Positions 39,545 through 53,747 of a DNA stretch of 64,000 bases are shown here, piece by piece. The notes under the pieces are model-generated. The model saw nothing but the letters and a program-made list of their open reading frames with translations. It had not been told where the DNA came from and did no database searches. The DNA comes from Octopus vulgaris (Eukaryota): NCBI GenBank assembly GCA_951406725.2, contig OX597816.1, positions 9,486,001 to 9,550,000 of the forward strand, read 5' to 3'. How positions within the stretch are numbered: position 1 is the first letter of the stretch; every line of letters begins with the position of its first letter. Position numbers and translations under genes: made by a program.

Positions 39545-41149
39545 GTGTGTGGATGATGATGATGATGATAATTTTATACACACACACACACACACATATA
39601 TTCATTTAGATACACAAACAAAAGCAATTCAGCCTTAACCATTCCATTTTTATTTTGAAGTACATTACTTAATATTCTCTTTCTTTAAGATGGTAAAACA
39701 TGATTTGGGCGAGATTTGATAGCTATTGCTAGGAAGTCAAGTAGCTATGTAGATGTTTCCTCTTTCACTTGGTGTGGGGTATACTCTTTTACTAGTTTCA
39801 TTCATTGGACTGCAGCCATGATGGCGCACTATATCGTTGGGTTAGGTCATACAAATTGATCCCAGTACTTATTTTCGTCTGGTACCTATTTTATCAGTCT
39901 CTTTTACTAAACTGTGAAGTTAAAGAGATGTAAACAAGCCCACACTTGTTGGTCTGTTAACATCTTAAGTTGAATGTTACAGGAACAAACACAAACACTT
40001 GCACACATATACATACTTCTACACAGTTTCTGTTGATGAAATCTATTCACAAGGTTTTAGGCAGCCTGTGGATAAAGTAGAAGACACCTTCTCAAGGTGC
40101 GATGTAATAAGTTTGAACCCGAAGCCATATGGTTGCAAGCAAACGTTTTAAGTACCTAGTCATGCTTTTGCCTTCGTTAATATTTTCCCATCTTCAAGTC
40201 TGCTTCTGAAAACCTAGTAGGTTCTGTTGGTGATTCAAACAGAAGCAAGTAAAATGTACTCTGTTAAAGAATGACTACTTCTATTCACTTCATAGTTGAA
40301 GGGTAAGAATACAAGATATAACCAGACCATAACAACAAGCTGTAACAATTCATACGTAAATATTCAAATTTGATTTAAAATAAAAGAAGAAAGAAAAGAC
40401 AAAAAAATCTTATCCCAGTCATGCAGGAATGGAAAAAAACAAATGAATAGAAAACCGTTTGAAATATGCCGTCACATCAATGTGTTATATTAAAATTAGA
40501 AATACGACTGCAAATAATGGATCTATGTTCTTGAAATTCGAAGTGAAAGTCAACACAAAAAAAAAAAAAGAAAAATAACAAACTACCTATTGCACACTTT
40601 GGAAATCAATAAAATTAGAAATACTTTTTATAGACCTTCATATTTATATTGATTTGTTTCTATTTAGGAATAATTTCTTGTGTTTTATATCTACTGACTA
40701 ATAGCAGTTCTTCAAAGTAAAAGATTTGATTAAAAAAAGGTGAGCCACACAATAACTGTTTTGAAGGCTTAACTGGTTTTCTGAAGACATTAAATATTGA
40801 TTTTAATGCAGAGCTGTGAACTCTCTAAGATGCACTTGTAGTGGGTCATATTTGATGAAAGTTAATTTGATTATTCCACTGCTCTTTTTTATCTCTTTTT
40901 CCTTTTTTTTTTATTTTTCACAGAATCACAGTTTTTAACCAATTAAAAAATCAATACATATATATGCTGAAGCTATTAGAGAATGCTGGAATAAAAGGAA
41001 AAAAAATAGAAGTGACATCCACTGCTTGTTGTATAAGTTGATACTCTTTAAATGTTTAGGAAAGCAATATTTAGATATTTTTAGCTGTGATAGTATCTAT
41101 TCAAATCAGATGTGTGGTTGGAATTCAGGATTTAGAATCATAAAATTAA

Positions 41150-41216
<67 letters not shown>

Positions 41217-41763
41217 TCTTTTCACTAAAAGCACAAAGCCTGAAATTTTGGGAGAGGGAACTAGTTGATAACAGCAACCCCAGTGTTTGATTGGACTTAG
41301 TTTATCAACCCCGAAAGGATGAAAGGCAAAGTTGACCTCGTTGGAATTTGAACTCAGAACATAGCAGTGGACAAAATACCACTAAGCATTTCGCCTGGTG
41401 TGCTAACATTTCTGCCAGTTAACTGCCTTGAATAATGATAATAATAGTAATAATAATAATCATAATAGGTATATTGGGCTTCAAATGATTATACCTCAGA
41501 CCCAAATATCACTTTGATGGCGTGTGCTACTCTCTCAATAATAATAATAGCAATCCTTTCTACTAAAGGCACAAGACCTGAAATCTGGTGGAGTGGGGCT
41601 AAGTTGATTACATCGACCCCAGTGTTTCACTGGTACTTAATTTATCGATCCTGAATAGATGAAAGACAAAGTTAACCTTCGCAGAATTTGAACTCAGAAC
41701 ATCATGTTGGAGAAAATGCAAAGCATTTTGTCTGGTAGCAGTAATGATTGTCAGCTCCCTGAT

Positions 41764-41834
<71 letters not shown>

Positions 41835-41861
41835 AAGAAGAAGAAGAAGAAGAAGAAGAAA

Positions 41862-42058
41862 GGGATGTCAGAAACATCTAGATAATATCCCAGGTGAACC
41901 ATGTCTCAGAGAAAACCAAAAGATTGTGTTGACAAGTACTGCCCACAATCTTAGAAACACCCTATCAATTTAAATGGTTGTGTTGCATTACATGACATTG
42001 TAGTACATCTTCAGCATTAGAAGCTGTGCAAAGGCAATTATAACAATAACAATAATAA
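41862..42058 (+). mobile_element. R4/Dong-type 3' fragment
   Basis: KGCQKHLDNIPGEPCLRENQKIVLTSTAHNLRNTLSI*, followed by a tail ending in (TAA/CAA)n. Confidence 0.7.
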
Positions 42059-42061
42059 TTT

Positions 42062-42422
42062 TGTTATTTATTGCCTTTGCACAGCTTCTAATGCTGGAGA
42101 TATAATACAGTGTCAGCTGTTCACTACCCGTGAACTAAGGTAACACCTCTTATTTTTCGAGCACCATCCGGAGTATTTGAGCGGTTCCAAGCAGTGCTGT
42201 TTTCTGCAAGTGCTCCACCCTTATTGCAGCCCCTATTTGTTCCACATACTTCTTGAGATTTTTGCTCACTGTTCCCAGGGCTCTGGCAATTATTGGTACT
42301 ACTGCTACCTTTTTCATCGACCACAACTGCTTAACTTCCCAAGCTAACCCGTCATATCTCTCAACTTTTCTTTTTCCCTTATCGCATACCTTGTTGTCAG
42401 CTGGGCATGATATATCTATGAT
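42062..42422 (-). mobile_element. R4/Dong-type non-LTR retrotransposon 3' end (RLE domain)
   Basis: Open frame 42422-42150: IIDISCPADNKVCDKGKRKVERYDGLAWEVKQLWSMKKVAVVPIIARALGTVSKNLKKYVEQIGAAIRVEHLQKTALLGTAQILRMVLEK*. TAA-rich repeats lie at both ends. Confidence 0.9.
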
Positions 42423-42448
42423 ATATTTATTATTATTATTATCATTCT

Positions 42449-42550
42449 TATGGCATATTGGTTAAGAGCATGGGCTACTAAACCCAAGATTCCAAGTTCG
42501 ATTCCAGGCAATGATCTTAATAATAATAATGATAATAATAATAATAATAA
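42449..42550 (+). mobile_element. Second tRNA-like head plus (TAA)n of the 19.3-kb SINE family, truncated
   Basis: tggcatattggttaagagcatgggctactaaacccaagattccaagttcgattccaggcaatga matches the reverse complement of 19270-19341; B box GTTCGATTC. Confidence 0.75.
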
Positions 42551-42551
42551 A

Positions 42552-43185
42552 CTTATTGTATGCAGTATCAATGTGAACTCAGGTCCATAGCTCAGTGGAC
42601 AACGGTGAAGGGGAGGACTTAAAACAGCTATATGTCAGGTAAAGAGCATTAGTAAACAACATTGGTAACGAAAAGTGCATAAAAGTATACAGAATAAAAC
42701 ACAGGCAGAGAGAAAAGTGAACATTAAAAAAGCCATAAAGAGGAAAGGGTGGAGAGGATGTCAGGAGTAGGATTGGGGAATTTCAGAAAGTATACAATTC
42801 TTGAAGGATATTCTGTCTGGACAGCTAACAGTCATTGCGGCTAGTTTATTCCATGCTTTGACAATTTTGAACATGAAAAAACAAAAAATGATTCTGAAAG
42901 TAGTGGATGTTGTGCTGTTTTTTGAATTTATAAACATGCCTACGAGCAGTAGAGATAATGAATTGTAAAAGGTGGTCGAAGTTATTATTGCTGATAATCG
43001 CGTGGGTTTCTACCAAGTCAGATGATTGATGTCAAAGGTTTAGTGTATCAAAGCCCCAGAGAAAACAGGGTGTTCAAGGTATTGTGACTGCCAGAAGATA
43101 TTCATCAAGCTACATGTTTCTGAACAGGTTCTAGTTGGTCGATATTCTGGACAAAACAGGGGTTCCAGACTGGAGATGCAAACAT
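42552..43185 (-). mobile_element. CR1-type LINE 3' relic
   Basis: FASPVWNPCFVQNIDQLEPVQK...IVKAWNKL are CR1 RT C-terminal motifs, interrupted by stops. Confidence 0.8.
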
Positions 43186-44399
43186 TAACATTCACTATCA
43201 ACTGCGCACCAAACAAATATACAATCTCAGAGTTGAAGTTATAAAGTATTCCTGCTATCCAGTGCTAACTGCAACAATATATTGTGCTTCAGTATATGTT
43301 GTAAAGTTTAAAGAAATTCTGATAGCCAGAGTTTCTTTCAAATCAAAACATAAGATCAAAAGATATCATGTTATTTGAATTCTGTACACATAAGTGTGGG
43401 AGTGAAATTTGCTTAAGGGGTGCAAACCCAGGTCCAAAATTGTTTACAAAGTTGATATTTTCAATCTTAATATCAAAACAAATACAGGTATTATAATAAT
43501 AATAATAATAATAATAGTAGTAGTAGTAGTAGTAGTAGTCATAATAATAATATTTGTACATCAATGAAATCAGATAAAACCACTAATGGAAAAGTAATGT
43601 TTCAACTGAGTCAAAAACTATTTCTATGTTTGTTTTGGTGGTGAAGTTTTTCTTGAGAATGTACAAATCATTTTCATTTCCCTCTTCCCTGCAAAAATCA
43701 TTTTAGGGTTTCTACTTGCTCCCCATGCAACCCCTGTTCCTGAGCCTACATGATAAAAGTTGTTGCAAATAATAGGAATGTTGATTATAATACACACAGC
43801 TGAAAACCCAGTCAGCCAATCTAGCACCAACTTCACCAACTAAATATGCCAACAATATGTTGATGAGATCATAAGATCGAAATATGTTCAGAGTTGTCTC
43901 CACTGCAAGGGGAAAAGTGTTTGACTGATACTGTTTTCCTTTTCTATCTGAGTATTTTATATGTAATTAATATTTTTAATGCTCTGTGCTGTAAACATTA
44001 ACTTGTCATAGAAGTTGTATTTAGTGCAAACTTTCTGCAGATCCACAACTGTTCAATCAGGGTAAAAATAGTCAGAAAAAACAAGATTGGTTATGAGAAA
44101 AGTGTAACTTGAATATGTAATAAATAGATAAAAGTTAGACATTAAATAATTTATAAAAGATGCTACATTAACAAAAACATACTTAGCAAAGAAAATATTT
44201 GGTCTTTGATAGAACTTTACAACTGTTTAAAAAACTGAGTAGCTAGTTGAAGCAATGATGTGTCCTTATATACATTTATGTATATAAGGAAACAGGAAAA
44301 ATGTGTCAAAGCCATCAGGAGGCGTCGATGCTTCCTAGGGCTAAACAGCAGTGGTGTACCCCCTACTGTCACGTTCGTGTTAGATCGACAGTATACAAC

Positions 44400-44442
<43 letters not shown>

Positions 44443-44859
44443 TCCTCCCCCTTCTCATCATCATCATCAAACATCTGTTTTCCATGCTGATGTGGGTAGG
44501 ATGGTTTGACAAGAGCTGGCAAGGCTGATAGCCATACCAGACTTCATTGTTTTGACATTGTATCTACAACTGGATGCTCTTTTTAATGCCACCCACTTTA
44601 CAGAGTGTACTGGGTGCTTTCCCTAAACTAATCTGGTCATTTACCAGCTCACCTTACTATAGAGAGCAGCAAATATCTGTCTCCCAATATTTTCTTAAGC
44701 TTTACAGTTTGGGGAATATGTAAGCTTTACAACGTAACCACTGCAGCATCTGAATATCACCAGGAATTTCCAATGATTGATTCCATATTGAATATAACTT
44801 TGAAGTTTTTTTACTGAAAGGCAATATAAAAAATACTTTGAACAGTCGCAATAAAAGAA

Positions 44860-45845
44860 ACTAATATTGATTTACCAGATTATGATGAGACTGAAGAAGA
44901 AGAGAGTGAGGTCACAGCACTAAGATATATTAAAGAATCTATAACACTAGCTCAATGTTGGTGAATAACCCCAATCTTACTCCAATTATTTTCCCTGAGT
45001 TTTCTTCTGATTACTCATCTCAATAACAGTCTAACAGCAACTCGACCCCGGGACTTATTCTTTGTAAGCCCAGTACTTATTCTATCGGTCTCTTTTGCCT
45101 AACCGCTAAGTTATGGGGACGTAAACACACCAGCATCGGTTGTCAAGCAATGCTAGGGGAACAAACACAGACACACAAACACACATGCACACACATATAT
45201 ATATACATATATACAACGGGCTTCTTTCAGTTTCCATCTACCAAATCCACTCACAAGGCTTTGGTCGGCCCGGGGCTATAGTAGAAGACACTTGCCCAAG
45301 GTGCCACGCAGTGGGACTGAACCTGGAACCATGTGGTTGGTAAGCAAGCTACTTACCACACAGCCACTCCTGCGCCTGTAGTAGATTATCTTTTAAAAAT
45401 TTATTCTTCTAACAAATTTTAGGGAAAGATGGAAACAGAAACAATTGAATATATGAAATTATTTCAAATGAACCAAGAATGATAATAAATGGCTGCCCAC
45501 TTGATTAGATGAAATGAGTACTTCAGAAATGTTATGGAAGCAACTGTCAAAAATAATAATAACCAAATATAGGAGCACATATGAATGTTTTGGTGATATC
45601 TGTATTGTCAGTCTAATGAGTAGGGATCGTTTTATGTCACAAAGGCATTATTTTCAACTGAGGGATATTCACATACAGTCAAAAGAGGATGATACAAATT
45701 ACGTCCTTTATATAAAATGTGATGGATCAAAACAATTATGCTCCAGGCAAAATGTTATCTATGAAGAAGGTGTAGCTGGATTTGAACACAAACTAAAGTT
45801 CTATCAATATATCTCAGGAAAGCTGACTTATGAAAATGTGTGAAA
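44860..45845 (+). mobile_element. piggyBac transposase relic interrupted by a family A SINE
   Basis: Acidic N-terminus DYDETEEEESE; VDYL...METETIEY (F...ETN.YA-like); KWLPT*LDEM; SLMSRDRF..RHYFQLRD; VIYEEGVAGFEHKLKFYQYISGK (IDE.M..F.GR..F.QY...K-like). Confidence 0.7.
45036..45377 (-). mobile_element. Young family A SINE, 3'-truncated
   Basis: Near-identical to the reverse complement of 4119-4475. Confidence 0.9.
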
Positions 45846-48800
45846 TTGATACATCTATGACAAACAATCTTGATTTTTTTTTTATGACATCGCTGTTTCC
45901 ACCAGAAAGGTGTCTTGCAAACAACTTGCACATGCAAGTGCTACCAGTTAAAAGCTCCCATATCGGAAGCTAGCAAGTGTATGGGGTCATCAGGAGAGAA
46001 TGCGCGCCGTTTCGGGGCCTACCTCTCGATGACATCAATGCGCACCGGCCCCCCTCACTGATATGAGGCCCCGTTTGCTAGATCAGCTGGTTATGAAGAA
46101 CTCAATATACTTCTAGCCATCGCTCATCGTCTCTTTTTAACCAAATCCAGTGGCTAGCCTTCTCCACTGTAGATTGGATATCAGTCATGGTGGATGTGTT
46201 TAAATGTATTGAATCAGCTATGACATGGTCAAGAATTTCTCCTGATTTTACCATAATTAATTAAATTTTGCTTATTTTAATTGTTTTTTAGCAGTGTTAT
46301 GTTAGCTGACAACAGCAACACATTTATGTTTATGCTTTATCATTATTGTCCTCATCATTCAAAGCCCACTTTTACAGAATTCACTGGGGCAGATATTTTT
46401 ACAACTGGATACCGTTCCTTTCACAGACCCTTACTTGTTTCCAAGAAAGGTAATATTTCCCCATTGCTTGATATGAATTTTTTGGAAAACTGGAAACAGA
46501 CAATATCGAATGTATGATGGTGATGCTTGTTTTACATTAATCCTATGATGTCAAGACAAGAACACACATGCTGGGCTTCTTTCAGTCTCTCTCTACGAAA
46601 TCCACTAGCCCAGGTCTGCAGTAGGATACACTTGCCTAAATTTCTATACAGTAGGTAGGTGTCTTCTACTATAACCTCAGGTCTACCAAAGTTTTATCAG
46701 TGGATTTGGCAGCTGGAAAATGCAAGAAGCCTGACACACACACACACACATATAAAATAAATCGAAAATGTCTTTGTTGAGAAACAGAGAAGATAAATCA
46801 AAATGATGTAGCGAAAACAAAAGAAACAAATCAGTCACAGAAAAGAAAAATATGCCTGATATTCCATTCACAGCAAATGGCAAATAAAATTACTGTCTCT
46901 GTGCGTTGAGAGTCATGAAAGTTTTATGTAGTCATGCATAGAAGACAGTGTTGATTAGTTACATTCACACTCATGTAAAAACTTGAATAAAGAGGGGAGA
47001 TAAATTGCTTGATATATATTAAATTTTAGCATAGTTAATACTGATAGCATTATTTCTAAGTTAATTAAAAAAAATAACACATTATAATCACCAGTATCTA
47101 TTTTAATTTGGTGTTGTTAGAAAACTAGAAACATAATGTTGGGATTCAAAGCCAAAAGTACTAAAAAAAGAAAAATAAGAAATTTTTAAAAGAGAAAGAA
47201 AATATCTTAAATTTACATAAACTAATCCAAACAGAAGAAAGGAAAGAATATTCTCAACACAAAAGAAAAACTTTATCTGGTTGTCCTGTCAAAATATTAT
47301 TTCATGTGTGGTGCACTGTTATGTAAGTTACCATTTTGTAGCTCTGGGTATTCTACAACTTTTCATGAGAAGAATTTAATAAATCGATTTAAGTCACTTT
47401 TCTTCTTCCTTTCCTTTTTTTGTGTTTTGGAATCCTCTAAGTAAACATTAGAATTTGAATGGAAAATGTCTGGTGAGAATTGCCCAGCTAGCATGAAATG
47501 CGTGCTTTGATTTCCATTATACATTATCACATATTTTCCTTTCAATGGTAATGTTACATATGTCTATCACATAGAACTGTTTAGAGAATGACTAGGAGAT
47601 GCCTCTCTCTAAACAATTTAAATTTTTCTACATCAAAAATGTGCTTTCTCTTACATTTACTTAGTGATTCTGCCATTACTAGTTTGGCAATTATGGTGAC
47701 GAAGTCATAATAACATGAAAAATGTCAAGAGTTGTCTACCATACTTACTGATATCATTGAAATAATAGAAGTCATTGACAAATATTATTTTCTTCCTTGC
47801 ATAATTACTGTAAGTAGCATTTTTATATCCCCTTCAATGAATACTTAACACTAAATTGCTATAACTTTTATTCATATATACATATGCAAATCCATATTCT
47901 TCCCTTCCCTTTCCTTCATACTCTCCTCCTTCCTCTTCCTCCTCCACTCTCACCCCAACATTTTTCTCTCTCTTATTCACTCCATTACCATTTTCTCACA
48001 ACATAGCTGCTCCTTCCTATCATGAGGTGTTCCCCTTTGCTTTGCAAGCTCCAAAGTAATCCTAACAGAGCTGGTGTTACAAAAAACATCCAGTACACTC
48101 ACAGTGTTTGGTAATCAAGCCAAACTGCAACAAAGCAGAGCTTGAAAGAGCTTTTTAGTCTTGTTGATGTCAAAGCACCCTCAATAGTGTTGGTGCCATG
48201 AAAAATGCATATAATACACTTGGTAAAGTAGTTGGTGTTAGGAAAGATATCCAACTACAGAAGCATATCAAAAATGAGACATTGGAGTAAGATGTGACCC
48301 TTCAGCCAACTGAATCCATGTCAAACCATCCCACACATGCTGGCATGAAAAGAAGATATAAGATGATGATGATGATGATGATATCTGTAATACAGACATA
48401 TGAAGTTATTGATATATTTCAAGTAAATAACTTTCATTACCATTTTACTTATTGACATTACCTTCATTTTAATTTAGCCAATTAAAATTCTATTTGATTA
48501 GATTTCTGTAAATTATAATATTCTATCAATGTCTCTAATGTTTTCAGGGGAAATAGCTGTAATTTTGACAAAGAAATGCTATCTGCTTTGTTTGCAGTCT
48601 GTTGTTCTAAGTATGCATATACATTGTTGTTAATCACAGGAATATGAATTTCATCTGCCTCACCAGCATCTCTGATTTCTTTAAGAATTTTCATATTTTG
48701 AGTGAACAATACTTAATGAACTAAATATTTTTAAAATGCATTTGTCATATGTATAATTACTATTCAATGATTATAAATCAATTTGCCTGCAATTGGCTGT

Positions 48801-48934
48801 TAATTAACTTAGTTCAATTGAAATCATTACAAAAGTAATATTATTATTATTTTCTTAAGCAACTGTATTTTTCAATGTTAACTCAATTTTGATAACTAAA
48901 AAAAATGAATCTTAAAAAAAAAATATTGACAGCG

Positions 48935-49065
48935 TGTTGTTTCCTAACCATATGGTTTCAGGTTCGGTCCCACTGTGTGACACCATGGGCAAGTGTCTTC
49001 TGCAATAACCTTAGGCCAATCAAAATTTTGTGAGTGGGTTTGGGAAATGGAAATTGAAGGAAGCC

Positions 49066-49126
<61 letters not shown>

Positions 49127-49350
49127 AGCATGTGTGTGTCTTGTGTCTGTGTTTGTCCTCTACCAACACTTCATAACTGATGCCGGTGTGTTTACATCCC
49201 TGTACATTAGCAGTTCAGTAAAAGAGACTAATAGAATAAGTGTCAGAATCAAGAAATAAGCACTAGGGTTGATTTATTTGATTAAAATTCTTTAAGCTGG
49301 TGCCCCAGCATGGCTGCAGTCTAATGACTGAAACAAGCAAAAGATAAATG
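48935..49350 (+). mobile_element. Diverged family A SINE
   Basis: Homology to family A. Confidence 0.85.
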
Positions 49351-52239
49351 ATAACGTTTTTAAAGTATTTTTCATATCATAATAAGAACTTACAGATTTG
49401 TGTATTGGTATGTAAGGAAGATTTATTTTGAATGCCATCGAAGCATGCCAGTTGACATAAAAGTTTTGTTTAGTTCAAGACACCTAACTATATGTTGGAT
49501 TCTCAGGTCATAGATCATTGAAAAGTTTTAACTCACTTCAACAGTAGTAACATGTATACCTGTTTTCATTTGCCAAGGTTAGAATTAGAAACTGTAGCTG
49601 TGGCTTCAGTGAATTTGAAGAAATGAAATAAAAGTCAGGATATTGTCTGTACTATATTGTTGATCTGCTCACATATTTCATTTACTTATTTTTTATACAG
49701 AAGAAATAATGAAGGATAATATTAGGCTAATATATTAAAGATAAAGAACAAAATGGGCTTGTGTAGTTGTGCTTTATGGCTACTAAATATATCGGTTTCA
49801 AAGTTTGGAACAGAGCCAGAAATGTTTAGGGGTGGGGTAAGTAAATTACATTGACCCCAGTGCTCGATTGGTACTTGTTTAATCAACCCCGAAAGGATGA
49901 AATGCAAAGTTGACCTTAGTGGAATTTGAACTTAGAACATAAAGACAGACAAAAAGCCACTAAGCATTTTGCTCAGTGTGCTAACAGTTCTGCCAGCTTT
50001 CCACATAATGGCTACTAAATATATTACATTTGAATTTTAGATTTTAAGACTGATAAGAAAGTAATTAATCCCAATTTAAGCATAAGGCCAGAAATTTTGA
50101 ATGAAGAAGGTTACTTGATATCATCAACTCTAGTACTTGACTGGTACTTTATTTCATCAACCCCAAAAGATGAAAGGTGAAGTTAACCATGGCAGCATTT
50201 GAACCCAGAGTGTAAAGAATAAAAACAAATATGACAAAGAATTTTCTCTGATGCTTTCTTTCAAGTAGGTATAGCGAGGTAACAATAAAAAAAATATCAA
50301 ATTAGACACAATCATTGACTTTCAGCGTTTTAACTGAAGTATCGTGTTTGTTTCACATTCCTGTCATTGGTCTTAATTCCTTGGAACAAAAGATGAATTC
50401 TTTCTGCTCTTCGTTATCTCGTTATATAGGGTGGCTTAATTTGGATCAAGGGCTATGGATCAGTCAGGAATTAATGTCAAATAGAATTAATATCAAGAAG
50501 ATTGTCAAGATTCAAAATTTTCAAATATAAGAATATAAGATATATATAGTTATACATAAGAATATAAAATATATAAGAATATACAATTGTAAATATTCTT
50601 TACATAAAAACATTGTAAAGATATGAAATGTTATAATGTGAAAGTAAAACAAGACTTGAACAAAAGTGTTTACATTCAATGTAGTGAAAAGTGAAAGTAC
50701 AATCCACTGAAAATTGTCTGAGCTGCTTGTTTAAAAATATAACTGATCCCTGGTTAATATAGAATATGCCCCATCACTTACACCAGAATATTAATTACTT
50801 TGACAAAAATCAATATTTAGACTTGGCTTTTAGAAAGTATTTTCTAAATGTTTTTCCAATAGAAAATAATATTTTCTATTGCACTTTACAAACAGTGATA
50901 ACAATTATAGTAAATGTACATTTAAAAATGAACATACTCAAAAAATATGTAAGTATAAAATGACAGAAATGCTATTGTTTTCAGTGAAAAATTCCTCCAT
51001 TCCATTGTGGAATATAGAGTCAACAATACCATACAAACAAAACGAAAACATATTCTGATTTTGCTTTTTCAAAGTCTTTTTAGAACTTATAAAATGAAGC
51101 AGAATAAAATAGAATGACATATTTAAAAACAAACACATTCAAATTTAACCTGTGAAATAATAATACATTTGTTATTAAAAATGTAGATGACAAAATACAT
51201 TCAATAAGGCAGAACACATTCAAGAAATCAGAATTTAATTTAAAGAAAAAAAAAAACTAGATTTCAATTTAATATCAAGTCAGAACCATGCCAAATAGTT
51301 ATTAAAAAGAAAGCAAATTTTTATATAATGGAAAAGTTTCACAAAATGAGAATTTACATTCTTAAAAGTCTCTTAACTCTTTGATGTGGTTCTGTGGGCA
51401 TATAATTAAAATTCTTTGTATTAAGGATTGTCAATAACAACTTTAGGACAAGAAGTTTGTGGTTCAAATGTTATCATGCTCTACTTTATGTCTAATCATT
51501 TTCAAATGTTATGATTCCTAACCTCCAGCCTAGACAGAATTTCAGGCTGATCTCCTGAGTTACTCAGCTATCACATTAATGTATTAAGTTTGAAAGTTCT
51601 AACCCAAATACAATTTCAGCTGGTCTAGCATACTTTATCAACCTCAAAAAGCACAAAGGTTAAATGAGCTGGGGTGGAATAAAGCAATAGAACCAAGCTC
51701 TAAATTTGTAGCAATTTAACTCCAGATGAGTGCAACAGTCCATAAGAAATTTCAGCATTAATCTTTTATGGTGGCCAGTCCAAAAGATCATTGGTTTTCC
51801 AGTGATCTTCTTTGATTTAGTAATTATTTTCCAATTAAAATGAATCAGCAGACTTGACTATTCATTATTGAATAACATTTAATTCAAACAGCATAAACAA
51901 CTTCTTCATAAATCTTCCAAAACAGTATTTTCAAAAGTGGGTTCTGCAATAAATTCCTGGGATTCAATGAGGGAAGGAATTTTTTAAGAAAATTTAATAA
52001 AGTACAATTATAAATGAATGCTATTCAATCAGCTTTTTCAAAGTAATAAGTTAACTTATGTGAAGTGCCACCATCAGTTGAATGCATGCATGACCTCATT
52101 AGAACACTAAAAAAACTGCACTGCTATCATTTTGTTTTTAATGTTTTTGTTGTATTGCTGTTTGTGTGTCTTTATAAATCTGGTGAAATTTTTAATGATA
52201 CATCTCAATAAATTTTATTTCAATTAAAAAAAATTCAAA

Positions 52240-52550
52240 ACAGTTTGTTAAAGAAAACTGGAGTTACTAAAAATGCAGAAACTAGTGAAGCAAGCCATAG
52301 TCTCAGTAGAAGACACGGAGATTGAAGCAAGCATCAACTTCTTGTTCGATTAATTCACACGTAAAATCTGCATTTTTCAGTTCTTTGCAGATATCTATAA
52401 AAAAATTAAATATGAATATGATTGTAATTATTTGTCATTTGGCTTTGCTAAAATTGATGGCAAAGAAGCTCCAGGTGTTCTTTGATTACTTCGTTAACAA
52501 AATATTAACAAACAGTTCTGAAAATTCAATTAAGCAATATTAAAACCAAA
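52240..52550 (+). mobile_element. hAT (Charlie/Buster-like) transposase N-terminal relic
   Basis: EYDCNYLSFGFAKIDGKEAP.VL...KILTNSS resembles the Y...YL.FGF...G.E.PQCV.C...L.N.S motif. Confidence 0.5.
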
Positions 52551-53617
52551 TTTAATATTAAACAAAATATTAAATTTGCTTTAATATTTTCGCTATCTTC
52601 AGAAAATATTAAACAAAATTTTCAGAAGACACCGGAGTTGAAGAAGTAGCAACATTTCTTCACAGTAACCTGTTTTTAATAATTGCTTTTGCTTTGCTTT
52701 TGTTTTTTTAATCACAACAATTACAAATTTAAACAATTAAAACAAAGAACTGCATGCTTATTTTATTGTTTTATCTATTATATTTCACTCTAAAATGAGT
52801 TTTTGTTTTGTTTCAGTCAATGCCTTATTAAAATTAAGGTATAGTGGAGATGTTCATAAAATATTGGTATGGATTTCAATTTTTAGAAAATCATCTAAGT
52901 GTTCTGTTGTTTTAACATATTTTTTCACTAAAAAGGAAAATTAAAAAAGATCCTATATGCTTTTTTCTGAATTTATCGAATGCACATCACCATTACAAAA
53001 ACAGGAAAAACTATTTCACAAATTAACAAAGAAAATTAACACCATTAAGATAAATTATATAAATCTTTTATTCTTTTTGCTTTCATTGCTTACATTCTGA
53101 TTACAAATAATTTCTGGAATCCTTGAATACACTATGAGAGAGTCAGATGGAGACCCATTCCGTAACATTGTGCACAGCGTCTGTCTTGTGGGTGGTGTCA
53201 GCACCAAAGGAAGAACTCCATGCAATGAAGTTGCTAAGCCAGTCATTTGGAAGTATGGCTAGAACAGCTTAACGACTCTTTGCACAGGGCACTTTAATTG
53301 GTTTACTCTGTGACTTCACTCAGGAGGTATTTTCATCAGTAGGACAAGCGCATCTTTATTTCCATATTTTACAGCTTTGATATCGTCTTTATAATCTTTT
53401 TTTTTTATCATAAACTTTAAACTTGATGAAAGTAAACTGACATGTAAACATAACCAATTAGTTTTCAAACTGAGCATGGTTTCATCTAACCATGGTTTTG
53501 GCAATCATATATTTGTATGTGTATATATATGTACGTGTGTATATACAAATATACATACATACCTACATACATATATTTACATATATATATATGCATGTAT
53601 GTGAATGTACATGTATT

Positions 53618-53651
<34 letters not shown>

Positions 53652-53703
53652 GTATGATATATATGTATACACATATATATGTATACATATATGTATATAC
53701 ACA

Positions 53704-53747
<44 letters not shown>

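Noticed and set aside
45985-46050. Hammerhead on the - strand of the GC-rich island
   Set aside because: The best arrangement needs three core substitutions (UUGAUGU and GGC instead of CUGAUGA and GUC).
48482-48709. 75-aa protein-like ORF on the - strand
   Set aside because: No recognisable domain, no clear splice signals, and no compositional shift from the background.
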